A stretch of 64,000 bases of DNA, taken from Eremomyces bilateralis CBS 781.70 (Eukaryota). The notes beneath the pieces are model-generated. The model saw only the letters and a list, made by a program, of their open reading frames with translations, was not told the origin of the DNA and searched no databases. The stretch lies in assembly GCA_010015585.1 (NCBI GenBank), contig ML975151.1. One strand, given 5' to 3'. Positions 11,864 to 25,179 of this stretch are shown piece after piece. The number at the start of each line of letters is the position of its first letter. Within the stretch, counting starts at the first letter, position 1. The translations under genes and the position numbers were made by a program.

Positions 11864-12424
11864 CTTCATCAAGGACAGCGAAAATTTTGGATAGGAGTGG
11901 CTATTATTTAATGATTTTTCATGGTACCTCAATTTCATCGAGGGGTCAGGGGTTGAACCTGAATATATGGTCTAGAGATTTGCCACGGTGAAGCCTCTGG
12001 AGTGCTCCAGATTGACAAGCTCGGCATTGTTGTCGAACTCTCCACAATATGACATACAAATCTTCCTCACGAACCTGTGCATCTACACTACAGCAGTCAC
12101 ATTATCGAAGACGATTTCTAGCATCGTTGTAGGACTTTAAGACCTAGATAAGGGTCTTTGATGAGTTGTAATACAGTAAAATGAGATACATGGCAGATCT
12201 GGGCTGAAAGTTGGAGCATGCACGGTTTGTTATGTTTTTGCCTGATGAGGGTAACTAGAGGTCACCAGCGACGGACCGTCCTGTTTCTGCACGCAGGGAA
12301 TCCACGTCCTCCAGAAGTACTGTGTGGGGTCAGAGTAATCCGGTCAAATCGTGCACAGGCCCCCGCGACTGCGAGACGCGTCAAAACGACTCTCGATCTT
12401 GCATGATTAATATCTTCATCAATT

Positions 12425-12912
12425 TTGATGATGGAACGCTCAATTCTGGGTGAAATTAGCGGCAATCGGCGTAATGATGCAGATCTTACGCTAGAACAGC
12501 GATCCGCAATCATTACAATGGTCGATGCGGGCCTAATATCCAAGCGAGCAATTGCGCGCGAGGTCGGATGCTCGCCCTCAACCATCGACTGTATAATTGA
12601 GAAGTTCCGTACACAACGAACATTTAAGTCTCTCCCAAAAGGACACCGTACTAAGATGATCACGGAATCTAACTTGCGTTATCTCCAACAATAAATCCCA
12701 AAAAATCCCAAAAATCACGCACAACGAGCTGGCGCGGTCCCTCGCCTGCGATAAAGGCACCCCGTCAGAGTCGACCGTCAAACGCGCGCTGCGGGGGTCC
12801 AAATACTGCCGCAAATGGCGTATGCGTAAGAAAATCCAATTAACGGAAGAGGGAGCCCATAAACGACTCAAATTCGTAAGGTATTGGCTTCCTAAAATCG
12901 AGCAATTAATGG
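12425..12912 (+). mobile_element. Tc1/mariner transposase relic (N-terminal HTH domains only)
   Basis: LTLEQRSAII...SKRAIAREVGCSPSTI, then a TAA and frameshift, then PSESTVKRALR...RKKIQLTEEGAHKRLKFVRYW. No DDE domain or paired TIRs were found. Confidence 0.75.
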
Positions 12913-13375
12913 TTAGTCTAACTATGCTAACTTATAACTAATAACAGTTTAGTAAATGAGCAGACAGCAGACGTTGAAATTGAGAAGGCTGTTTGGCGTG
13001 TTCGACTTTGGGTGATTGGCCAGGGAACGTCTGGTCTTGGATATGGTTAATACCATTACGGCTGTTGGTGCTTATAAATGAAAGCAAAACGACCGAATAA
13101 CATCGTGTCTTTTTAAAGTACAAAGCTAGAAAACGAGTCATCATGAAATTTTTTATAACCAGACTCAATCGGCATATAAACGGCACATTTCGTTCACACT
13201 GCATACACATCAGTCGAAGGCTAAAGTACGGATGACGTACCATTCAGCTATATCTCGTGCGATATGAACCTGACCATCATCCTATACACAGCACCTAGAG
13301 TTGGCAATTACTTTCATGAAATGCATGTGGTTTTTAAAACCGCACGATGGAACCGAACGATACGGTATTGGGTAT

Positions 13376-13866
13376 TAGGGCTGGACACGAATAAGGATTT
13401 TGGCTATTCGTATTCGACTTTTCCTCTTGAACGATTATTCGTATTCGACTAAGTTTTGAGACGTTTTATTCGTATTATTCGCGAATATTCGTAAATAATG
13501 CCAAGACTTATTCGGCAAAAGCCGAGCCAATGAATGAATGCCCAACAGTCGCGACTTTTGTTTACCCGAACACGATCTGGAGGATTTGAGCTCTAAGAGA
13601 TACAAAGCATATCAATAGCGTCGAATTGATCACTCCTGACGATTCAGCAAGCCAAGTGACCCCAGCTTAAAGCTCTCTGTCGACCATCTCTCCGATGCGA
13701 GATACATGGAAATAGCTTCAGAGATAGACGAATAATTACGAATAATTACGAATAATGCGAATATTATTCGTACGAATATTAGTAAGCGGAAATTCTAAAT
13801 TTTATTCGTATTCGACTACGAATATTCGTACGAATACGAATAGTCGAATATTCGTGTCCAGCCCTA
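13376..13866. mobile_element. hAT-family MITE (491 bp, non-coding)
   Basis: 18-bp perfect TIR TAGGGCTGGACACGAATA, perfect 8-bp TSD TTGGGTAT (13368-13375 / 13867-13874), and dense subterminal TATTCG/CGAATA repeats. Confidence 0.92.
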
Positions 13867-16094
13867 TTGGGTATACTCCTAGCTCATGCAGTTACCAATC
13901 CGACGACAAACTGTTGAGTGTTCTCCCGGGAGTTTGGCATCGTATCGGGGTTGGAGGCTGCCTACTTGCCTTGCAGATCTCGTCCGACCGGTCCGGTAGA
14001 CGCGAGGAGGTTGAATAGGAGATTTCCAGCATCTTGAAATGAACGATGGAATATCGCCTTTTAAACTCGATGTCGGTTGGTCCTTGACATCTAGTGCGCT
14101 AACGAACTCGATCCTGAAAAGCCGTTATCAAGAGCCTTATGAAGTGCCCAGGGATTCTTAGCCGTTCTTCTTTACTGTTTGATCAAAGATGGATGTATTG
14201 ATATGTTGTTCTGACTTCATGCCTGTGCTCCAGATGAGAATAGGGGCAATCCGGATTTTGTCATCCATTCTCGCCAATCTTATGCCACAAGTTGGGTTCT
14301 GGCAGGTAAATCCACCCATCATGCCTTCATAACAGAACCGGTTTCAGATGCTAATGCTGCAGCCGACGCTGAGTTCACTCTCAGTTGGAATGTTGGCGGT
14401 GCTGATGAGCCCAGCGAGGCCGAAAAGCTCGACTGATTTCAGGCGTGAACTACGCTTAAAATTTGGTACGAGTAAAAGAGATGTCCTGTCTGTCTATATT
14501 CAAGCCATGACACGCGATTCCTGAAAGGAAGCGACATGCCCAAGATGCAGACTGGGAGCGTGCCTTACGCGCCTAGCACTACAAGCTTTTTTGCGTTCGC
14601 AGTCACTAGGTCGCTCTCCAGTAGCGGTACCTGCGTTCAAACCGATGATTCAGAAGATAAAAGTATTCCAGGGAATAGTTGGAGTGATCTCGCAGAGATG
14701 AGACCAGGTCATACCCGCCTAGACTTCTTCGGCCGAATTAAGGACTGTTATCGTCACATGAACCAACTTAGTGATGGGAAGAAACCCTTTCAGCTTCAGA
14801 CGACACGGCAAAGAGCCTTGGATTTAACCATGAGACGTGCCATGCCATTGGAATCCTGAGAATGGTCAACTACCAGCTCCTGCTCAAAGATAGTGGCCAG
14901 AAGTTGCAGAATTTGCCCTTCATCAGCCACAGGAACGCGTATAGCGCCCCAGTGGTGCCTTCATCAAGATATCACTGCCGAGGTACAGAGTTGCAGACAC
15001 AACATTGCTTAACAAAGTCTTTGTAAAAAAGGCTGAGGCATTATGTCAGACACTGACCTAGGCAGGATGTTACGGCATCGCCTCTAGGCCCCAAAAGGTA
15101 CAAGCTGTTGCCATCTTTTTGCTCTAATAGCCTACCGTTCGACTGACACCATTCCGTTGCTTGTGTCTCTGACTTACCTAGTCAATCTGATCTGCAAGGC
15201 TCTGAAGCGACTGATTGAAGCTGATTCCCAACTCCTCACACGACCAGATACAATCTGATTGCGAATGCTGAAGATGGTGTAGGATCAATATGGTGCTAAG
15301 ACATTATAATTGAACAGCTCTGTCGGGCGTTCTTACACGGTCTACGGCCAATATCAGTACAAATTTGAACGAAATGGAAACAGCGGTGGCCGAAAACAGG
15401 TTTCAGGCCGGAGTGGCTAGTATAGATCGACCGGCTTCAGGTACCTCCGTTAAGTATTTACCTCTAGAAGGAATAGCATCACTGATTGATAAGCGGATTA
15501 GTTACATGAAGTTCTATAAACAAGACATAGAGCGGAATCTTCCCTAGTAAGTACACTGGCTGTGGCGCTGTGCCACCGATAACCCCCTCAACCTCCCTAA
15601 GACGAATTATTCGCAGTATATAACAGTCAAACTCACTAGACAGGAGTTAAACTCTTCATTAAGGGAAACAGATCAATTCTCAACGCTGCCGGTCAGGAGA
15701 CAGAGTTGATGACCAGTCCCAATTGTGCTGCCCAACATCGTCAATCACAAGGTCAAGAATCTCTATGATGATAAAATGATGCGGCGGCTTACAATCAAAT
15801 GCTGTTCTACAGTGAAATACCCCCACGGTACAGTGTTTTCGGAGCCAGCAGGCTCAGCTATGCTTTGATGGCTCCAATGCGCGCCTCGTTTTGATGAAAA
15901 AGAGAAACTTGGGAATGCCGGTGTGAGTGAAGATGAGGGAATACTGAGATTATGGATGTGGCATGTACGGTGAAGGAGGAGGATGTTAGGCGTGGCAAGT
16001 GAGTATAGACGAGCTGGGTTGAGAAATATGCTGACTTAACTGCTAATGCTGAGATGCGAGTCCTCCGTGATTAATATACATCCCTGTTCAGGCT

Positions 16095-17090
16095 TTACAT
16101 AGCCTTGATCAGGTTCTCTAATATCTCCTTCTTCCGATTTACCAGAAGACTCACATGTGTCTCATCCACGAGTCTAAGATGCGCTCTACTTCCCAGCCGC
16201 TTTTCTAGCTGCACCCCATGGTTTGCCGGAACAAAAACATCTTGCTTCCCATACCACAGGTGCACCGGCAAATCCGGCCTGATATCCTCTACTTTGAAGC
16301 CAAAATCAAGACAGCATAGCTTCCCGTCCAGCAAGACCCCATCAAAACCCTGTGCAAAGCCCTCCCTCGTCGACCGTAGAGGCAGCCGATAGAAATCATG
16401 ATCGCTCATTACGGCCAGGTCCTTCGCTGGCATTTTCGACTTGGACTTCTCGAACTGCCGGAGCGCCATCTCCAGTCGCTCCTCGTCGCTCAAATCCACA
16501 CGGCCGATGTAGTCTTGCTGCCAGAACCACCGGTTCAAAAATGGGGGACAGTAGCGGAACCCATACGGGAAACCGATGCGGTTGACGAGCCTGGCACCAC
16601 TCATGCCGATGTCCGGTGGACCAAGGCCGACAATGATGGCCACGGCTTTGAGCTTCGTAGGTGGTAACACTTTAGCGCACGCCAGGGCGGATGGACCGCC
16701 TCCTGACACCCCCTGTCATTGGTTAACAATCGTTCCCCAGGGTAAAGGGATACGTACTATTACGCTACAATCATCTAACTTTAGATGCTCTATAAGATGT
16801 TCTACATCCTCGACAAAATCAAGCAGCGTGCGGGTTGGATGGGCTGAGCTCCATCCCATCCCAGGTCTGTCTACACCTATCACGCGGGCGTCGAGTTGCT
16901 GACCTACCTCGTGGAAGTAGGCAGCATCGAAGCGAGAACAGGCCAAGCCGTGGAGGAGAATGACAGGTCGTCCTGTCGGCGAGCCAAACTGCGCATAGCC
17001 TAGTTTTCGGCCATCTGGAAGAGTGAGAGTGGATGAAGTATCGTCTTCTTCAAGCGGAGATGCGGGACTGGCAACTGGACTCTTGGACAT
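16095..17090 (-). CDS. Alpha/beta hydrolase (2 exons)
   Basis: LPDGRKLGYAQFG, LLHG and DRPGMGWS motifs; nucleophile motif GVSGGG just after the intron at ~16714-16757; LWYGKQD and DETH near the C-terminus. Confidence 0.92.
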
Positions 17091-18584
17091 TATTGGGGTG
17101 GTGAATAGTTTGGAGAGTTATGCTATGATGCTGGGTGTTAGACACATGTCAACTATGAGTAGTGGATGCTGCGAGTGCGGATGCTGGCGACATTGCTATT
17201 AAGTTGATGATAGAAAGACATGGGGGCCAGTGAAGCCGATTGTTCCGCACTTTCGTGACTCATTGATCGGACTCTGAGCCGGGTATCTAGGTGATTGACG
17301 GAATTATGTAATATGAAAATGTTGCGTAATTACAATTTTTAGAGCATCGAGAGCGAACACGACATGAAGCGAAACTTATATAATGGAGTGGATGAAGATG
17401 AAGATGAAGATGGAGGTGTAGATGGGATGGAGGTGGAGGTGGAGATGGAGATTGTCTGGACTCTGGAGGGCCGAGCTGCAGAAGGATCGAGAAAGAAAAC
17501 AAGAATAATGATACCTATGAGTTGCTCCTTAAGCCTAATTACTACGTTCGTAAGGAGACCTATAAGAGACGAATAAGCCGGAGTTAGTGGATGTCCGTCA
17601 TCAATCTTGCTAAACTCCAACTTTCTAACAACTACAACCTCACGACTCCTGAAGCAACAAGTGGATTTCCGGATATCGAGTCGTGCTCGAACGCCGAATC
17701 CACTAAGGCGCTCATCTACAACCATATTCCCGCCACTCTACCATATTATTAGCGATATAATTACTGGTTCTCAACACATACTCTGCGATGCATCGCCGCG
17801 CTTCAGGCCCAATTTCAAAGCCGTCATCACTTCCGACATCAAGACCAATGTTGTAAACAAATTGTAACTGTCTTCGTCCAGCCATTCTCTGCAACATTAC
17901 AAGCAAGTGCGATATTTATGTCGACGTGATGTAATACACTTCTTTCTCACACTTAATAATAGTAGGTGAGCGCAATTAGTAGGAATCGTTGAACGACCTG
18001 CAATTGCACCGATACATGGACACCAGAGAAGCCTACTCACTTGGCATATTCTTGTGTGCAATGGAAAGTATTATCATTCCTAGGTCCGACTAACTGTCAA
18101 GTTTCTCTAATAACCGCATATCCAGCAACTTCTAGCACTGTTAGTTATGCAGCATGAGCGAAGTGATGCGCTGAATCACTGATGGCGGTAATAACCTACG
18201 GTACTTACCCCGCATTTCGATGCCAACTTCATGTTGTATCAATTAATGCAGCCATCGCCAAGATAAGTATCGAGGCGTAAGTAGTCCCTACTAATATAGC
18301 AAGAAAGCTTGGTTTGGGGGCGGACATAGCATCGGCCCCCAAAGATGCCGAGTTTAGAGCACATTTGGAACAGGTACGGACGTACGGTCAGGTAGTAGTA
18401 TATAATAGCCGATGCCCGAGCTATACCTATGTCTCATCTTCATCGTGCATTGCAAACAGTTACACAATCGCAGACCACATCGAAAAGAAAGGGACGATAA
18501 TTACTCTATACTTTTGCCCACCGCCAACTCTTCGACGAGTTATTCAAGAGCTTGGAAGCCCTGCAACATCCCACTTCCTTCACA

Positions 18585-19644
18585 ATGGGTAAAGAACACA
18601 TGCATCTGGGCGAGCCTAACCAGGAGTTCCTCACCGAGTTCGCGAAGATCCCCGCCGCCCTCGATGGCTTCACCATCCATCAGATGCGAGACACGTTCAA
18701 TGCCCGCAAACAAGAGATGATTGACACCCTCAACACCCCGGAGCTGCTCGCCGGCATGAAGGAGCATGACATCACCGTAAAGGCGCGGGACGGGTACGAC
18801 ATCCGCGTACGGGTGCACGCGCCGGCGTCGCCTCCGGCCGGGGGGAGTCCGTTGGTAGTGTTCTATCATGGTGGAGGGTTCTGCATTGGGGACATTCTCG
18901 GGGAGACGATCCCGGCGAGGATGTTCGTGAGGAGGCATGGGGCGGTGGTGTTGAATGTGGATTATCGGCTTTCGCCGGAGCATCCGTTTCCGGTGCCAGT
19001 GAATGATAGCTGGGACGTGTTGAAATGGGTGAGTACGGTTTATGAAGGCGGTTCCATCGCCCTAACTGATCACATCGTAGGCCTCGGAGCACTATGCTGA
19101 AGTGAACGCGGATCCGTCCAAAGGGTTCGTCATTGGAGGCACTTCCGCCGGCGGGAATATCTCCGCCGTTCTCGGCTTCAAAGCGCGCGACGAGAAGCTC
19201 TCCCCGCCACTAACCGGCCTCCTCCTCACTATCCCCGCCATAGGACTCAACTACAAGGCCATCCCCGCCGAATATAAAGACGACATCCTCTCCTACGCGC
19301 AGAACGCCGAAGCCCCGATCCTCCCCCTCCCCGTCATCGACAGATTCATGGATGCTTTCAAGCCCGACTACACCTCGCGGCTGCACAACCTGTTCGCCGA
19401 CCCGGTCGACTGGTCGGGCGTCCCGCCGACGGTGTTCCAGATCTGCGGGCTCGATCCGCTCCGCGACGAGGCGTTCCTGGCGGAGAAGAAGATGCGCGAG
19501 GCCGGCGTCAAGACACTGGTAGATGTGTATCCGGGGCTGCCGCATGCGTTCTGGAGCTTCCTCCCGAAGTGGGGGCCGAGTCAGGAGTTCGTGAAGCATA
19601 CGGCGGATACGATGGGGTGGTTGTTGGAGCAGGGTGGGAAGTGA
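18585..19644 (+). CDS. Alpha/beta hydrolase fold-3 (HSL-family esterase/lipase)
   Basis: FYHGGGF, VDYRLSPEHPFP, GGTSAGG, DPLRDE and PGLPHAF motifs; intron ~19029-19080. Confidence 0.93.
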
Positions 19645-21045
19645 GGGATTGGGCTGGGGATAATATTTCCATATCGGTCGGACAATACAAGAATATATCA
19701 GTGCCCCGCCATACCCATCAAATGCTATTAGCCTTAAGTGCTCGAATGACGTCCGACATGGCTGCCAGGCATACTAGATTTTCCTTTCCAAAGGAACCAT
19801 TGAAGTAGACGAATGTCCCCCTCAAATAATTCCGTACCTGATGCCAGCATGATATGCACTTCCGTAAACTTCCATCCCTTGTCTAGCCGAATCCATCTGC
19901 ACGGCCATGTGGCTAGGACGCGTCCAACCCCTCAACATTATCAAGCGAAAGGATTCCTGCAAGAAATTGACCGGCATCTGGAGAGATGATCCGAGAAATG
20001 AAAATAATATTGCGTTACCCATGGACTAAGTTACTAAGAGGGGTTTATTAGGGATAGGCAAGGCTGAAGGAGGCGGTGCAAGTTTGGTGGAGGGGTCGAT
20101 CCCCGGTGCCCCACCTCCTGGCGTCACAGGTCATTTCAGCAAACTTGGGGAGGGCTGTCATCGTCAGCCCACTTGAAGTTGAGACTTTTCATAAACATTA
20201 GCTTTCAATTCTTTTGTTTCTTCGGGTTTTACAAACTTGATCCATCTGCCTTTCAATCAGCACGATATTCAACCCGCAGTTGCAATGGGAGTAAGTCCAA
20301 GTCCCCTTTTTCCGAGACTCTTTCCGTTACCCCTCCTTCCCTGGTTCTTGGTACTTCCCAGCGCCGCAGAACACAAGCCATGGATAGACCCATTCATCGA
20401 GCCGATCCTTATATACACAGTCGGCTCTGGCGGAAACCCCTCTCGCGCTCACGTTCCGAATGTCGTGAATGCCATGACTGACGCTTTCCTCTCCAGTTAG
20501 CATCCAAACTCGCAGCCGCGCAAGGAGGTGCGCCAGGAGGTGCACCACCGGGAGGATACGGTGGATATCCAGGCGGACCTCCCCCTCCAGGCGGGCCTCC
20601 AGGAGCTCAGGGAGGGAAACCAGGTTATGTGAGCTCATTCCTCCCCCGACAGCACCGTCGCTAAAGCTAACGGGAGCTTAGCCGGGTCAGGCGCAGTACC
20701 AAGCGTTTCCAGGAAGTGTAAGCGCATCCCTTCCATGTCATTTGCTGTTAGTTCCTTGTTCGCGCGCTGTTGGGCTTGTTGGGCTGCGGTCTTCGCCACC
20801 TGTGTTCGTCATCCTTCGTCCCGGCGCTCCGACTGCTGTGACCGAAACTTCAACGCAAACCACGTTGCGAGAGCGAAGTTACCAAGACGCCACAGTTGGC
20901 TACGTATACTTTTTTTCCGTCCGGTGCGACTCGATTCTGCCTGCTACCGTCTCACCAACTCGTGTGCGACCGACCCGATCCTTGTAGGAGTGCCCGAGAG
21001 CTTCTGGCATCATTGAAGAGCTTTCAGCGGAGCCCCGGATCGAAA

Positions 21046-22905
21046 ATGCCACTCAACCGACCATCCGCAGGACAACCACCCTATCCAACATCCTCCGCTT
21101 CATCGTTACCTCCATCGTTGCAATCTCCTCAGCCACAAGCGATGTATAATCGGCCGCCGCCAGCCAATCCTCAAGGATCGCAGTACCAGGCATATGGATC
21201 TCCGGCTCCTCAGCAGCCATACGGACAGCAACCATCCGGATATCCACAGCAACCGCAAAGTTATCAGCAACCACAAGCTTATCAACAGCAGCAATATGGA
21301 CAGCAACAGCAACCCCAATACGGAGGCCAGCCCCAATACGGAGGACAGCAGCCACAATATGGAGGACAGCAGCCACAATATGGAGGACAGCCGCAACAGC
21401 CAGCCTATGTTCGTCGACGATGCTTTGACTCATGATTGCAAGGTATTCATTGACCGACATTGATCACAACGCTGACGACAGTTTCCGTATAGGGTCAACA
21501 ACCTGGCTATGGTCAACCTCCTCCACAGGGCGGCCAGTACGGCGCCCCTCCAGCGGGTCCTCCTGTGAACGCCGGAGTCTACAAGCAGTCGCTCCAGCAG
21601 ACTGTTCAGGAGCGCGGCTTGCAGGCGTTTTACCCGCCCAACTCGCCGGCGCTTGACATGCTTGCACAGAAGGCCACGCAGCAAGTCGATGGCCTCTGCG
21701 CGAAATGGAGAATACCTCGGGAAGTTGGAGGTGACTTGGTGAAGTTAGGGTTGTACGACATCGTTCTCTATATCGGTTAGTTTAATTCCTGGAATTTCCC
21801 TTGGAGGATTCGATTCTGATATCTGCCAGACGATTCTGGCTCGATGCAGTTCGAAGAAAACGGCGAGCGCATCAAGGACCTCCGCCTCATCCTCGAACGT
21901 GTCTCCAGTGCCGCGACTCTCTTCGATGACGACGGCGTCAGCGTCCGCTTCATGAACAGCGTTCCACCCCCCCAAGCCACCGACGGCATCCGATCCGAAC
22001 AGCAGGTCGAGAGCCTCATGCAATCGGTTCAATTCAAGGGCCTGACCCCGATGGGCACCGAGCTGCGTAACAAGGTCATCGAACCGTTGGTCATCGCCAA
22101 AGCCCGCTCGGGCCAACTCCGCAAACCCGTGCTGGTCATCGCCGTCACCGACGGCCAGCCCGCGGGCGAGCCTCAGAACGCGGTCTTCGACGCCATCAAG
22201 AATGCGGCCAGCGAGCTCCAGCGCACCCAGTACGGCCCCGGCGCCGTCGCGTACCAGTTTGCCCAGGTCGGCAACGACCAGGGCGCCACCGCGTTCCTCA
22301 GCAAGCTCGACAGCGACCCCATCGTCGGCGGCATGATCGACTGCACCAGTAACTACGAGAACGAGTCCGCCGAGATGGCGCGCGCGTCGCCGCCCATCGA
22401 TCTCTCCCCCGAATTGTGGATCGTCAAGCTCTTGCTGGGCGCGATCGACCACTCGTACGATCGGAAAGATGAGAAGGGCGCCGGTGGACGCCCGCCGGTC
22501 CAGCAAGGGGGGTATGGCGCCCCGCCGGCTGGACAGTACGGTGCTCCTCCTCCTGGGCAATATGGCGCCCCTCCAGCGGGACAATACGGTGCTCCTCAGG
22601 GACAACACGGTGCTCCTCAAGGACAATACGGACAGCCCGGACAGCAGCCTGGATATCCTCAGCAAGGTGGCTATCCTGGACAACAGCCGCAGCATGGACA
22701 GCAGCATGGCCAACAGCCTGGATATCCTCAGCAAGGCGGCTATCCCGGCCAACAGCCGCAGCAGCAGTATCCGCAACAGGGTGGATATCCTGGACAGGCG
22801 GGACAGCAGCCGCCGCAGGGCTATGGCCGTGGCGGAGCGCCACAGCAGGGCTACCCACCGCAGCAAGGCTATGGAGGAGCCCCTCAAGCGCCACCAAGGT
22901 ACTAG
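21046..22905 (+). CDS. vWA-domain protein with Q/P/G/Y-rich termini (RfeF-like)
   Basis: Spliced MIDAS motif YIDDSGSM, plus GLTPMG, VTDGQP and QFAQVGND; introns 21409-21492 and ~21777-21829; low-complexity repeats at both ends. Confidence 0.85.
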
Positions 22906-23164
22906 TGTAGTTCAACCGCCGTGTCCGCTCTGGACGCTGACGCGTTTCGAATCTTTGATGGTGGATCGGATGAGTTATGGGAACGGCTCAGGGACATTCA
23001 TGGACACGAGTAATGCCTTCAAAGACCGAACTACGGCCGACTCCCGAGGCGGTGACATAATTTCGGTGTTGCAAACATGGGTACTTAGGTAGTTAGCAAT
23101 GCAATATTGTCGGCGGCCTCGGCGCAGAGTGGTGCGATGTGACGGGTGTGACCCAGATGAATAT

Positions 23165-23598
23165 ACGCGTAAGGTCTAGATTAGGGAGATATGGAGTAGA
23201 GGATGGGATTTCTCAAACTACGGAATATCTATTTGTCTGCCGATTGATGATTCTGCGACTGTGGATATGCTCTAGCAGATGGGGAGCATTAGATTAGGTA
23301 AATAATCAGTTATCAGATGCTGCCATCGTCATATTGGGATGCCATAGACCCACAACAAGCACCATTAGACCGGTGTTAAGAGCTCGAAATAGCAGAATAA
23401 GGAAATCAATCCAGTCATAACTTGATTTCCAATCGCGGAATAAACTTTCAAGTGGAACCGTCGCGTGGAAACGCGTCTGCAAAAGTGGGATGTGTCTCAA
23501 CCGTGAATGCACTGATGGTAAATATCACGTGACGAACTCTCCCAACCCCTCGAGGCGCGTCTCAGCTTCTTGGCGCGCTCTCTTTAAAGTCGACGCGT
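23165..23598. promoter_or_regulatory. MCB (ACGCGT) elements upstream of the RNR small subunit gene
   Basis: ACGCGT at 23165, 23471 and 23593, plus several CGCG cores. Confidence 0.6.
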
Positions 23599-23727
23599 TC
23601 TGCGCGTTCTTCTCTGCTACATCTTCACCACCAACCAACACAATTCTCCCATTATCTTTGCTGCACTTCAATACTTCCTTCGTGCTCTTCGTACTGCTCA
23701 TTGCTGCTGTCAGAACGCACATCGACC

Positions 23728-25179
23728 ATGTCCACCCTTCAATCCACTCCATCAAAGACGGTACGTCCCAACTTTGACGCGAGGCGGTACCGCGAGGCAC
23801 GACGAGACTGATGAGTTTTACAGGCTGCTGCTGGCATTGAGAGCCTCAAGATGGCCGACTCACCTGTGAAGAAGCTCGACTTTGCTCCTGCCGACAAAGA
23901 GAACGCGGAGGTTGCTGTCCCGGTGAAGGGTATTCCTGAGTGGGAGCCTCCCAAGGAGGAGACGAGTCTATCGGTCGCTGCCACGATTAAACCCGAGGAG
24001 GCATATGAGCCTCTCCTACAAGAGAACCCTCAGCGATTCGTCCTGTTCCCCATCAAATATCATGAGGTGAGTCATTATCACCCGCCCAATTGGTTGACGC
24101 GTCCAACACGCGCAGCTTGGTACCCAAGACCGGCTCGCTAACCCGACGTTTCTACTTTAGATCTGGCAAATGTACAAGAAGGCCGAAGCATCGTTCTGGA
24201 CGGCGGAAGAGATCGACCTGTCGAAAGACCTACACGACTGGAACAAGAAACTCAACGACGACGAGCGATTCTTCATCTCACACGTCCTCGCCTTCTTCGC
24301 CGCGTCCGACGGCATCGTCAACGAGAACCTGGTCGAGCGCTTCAGCGGCGAGGTGCAGGTCCCCGAAGCGCGATGCTTCTACGGGTTCCAGATCATGATG
24401 GAGAACATCCACTCCGAGACCTACTCGCTGCTCATCGACACCTACATCAGTGAGCCGAAGCAACGGACCTACCTCTTTAACGCCATCGACACCAGTAAGT
24501 CATCCACGTCTACGACGCGTCGTTTCGCGTTCAACATCTCTAACGATCCTACCCAGTCCCCTGCATCCGCAAAAAGGCCGACTGGGCCCTCCGCTGGATC
24601 TCCGACAAGAACAGCACCTTCGCCTCCCGCCTCGTCGCCTTCGCCGCCGTCGAAGGCATCTTCTTCAGCGGCTCCTTCGCCTCCATCTTCTGGCTCAAGA
24701 AGCGCGGCCTGATGCCGGGCCTCACCTTCAGCAACGAGCTGATCTCCCGCGACGAGGGCATGCACACCGACTTCGCGTGCCTCCTCTTCCAACACATCCG
24801 CAACAAGCCCTCCGACGAGTCCGTCCGCCGCATCATCACCGAAGCGGTCACCATCGAGCAGGAGTTCCTCACCGAGGCCCTCCCCGTCCGCCTGCTCGGC
24901 ATGAACTCCGACCTCATGTGCCAGTACATCGAGTTCGTCGCTGACCGCCTGCTCCTCGCCCTCGGCCTGCCCCGCCACTACAACTCCGCTAACCCCTTCG
25001 ACTTCATGGAGAACATCTCCCTCGCCGGCAAGACCAACTTCTTCGAGAAGCGCGTCGGCGACTACCAGAAAGCTGGCGTCATGGAGAGCACGAAGCGCCA
25101 CGAGAAGCCCGTCGACGGCATCGCTCCCGCGCCCTCCGCCACCATGAAGGGCGACTTCGCCTTCGACGAAGATTTCTAG
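23728..25179 (+). CDS. RNR2: Ribonucleoside-diphosphate reductase small subunit (4 exons)
   Basis: [53 protein letters not shown] and C-terminal FDEDF; introns start at 23761, 24067 and 24495. Confidence 0.98.

Noticed and set aside
13900..16000. Short ORFs (14536..14859, 15365..15547) and possible gene relics
   Set aside because: No recognisable motif or consistent spliced frame.
17339..17900. GATGAA/GGAGGT low-complexity tract and short ORFs
   Set aside because: Simple repeats only; no supportable gene or TE identity.
1..20000. Starship-like giant element
   Set aside because: The cargo types are compatible, but no DUF3435 tyrosine recombinase or boundary repeats are visible in the window.
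21745..22887. 380-aa antisense ORF, and similar ones over RNR2, SGF29, SurE and the EamA gene
   Set aside because: They are shadow ORFs caused by GC-rich codon bias of the real genes on the opposite strand.
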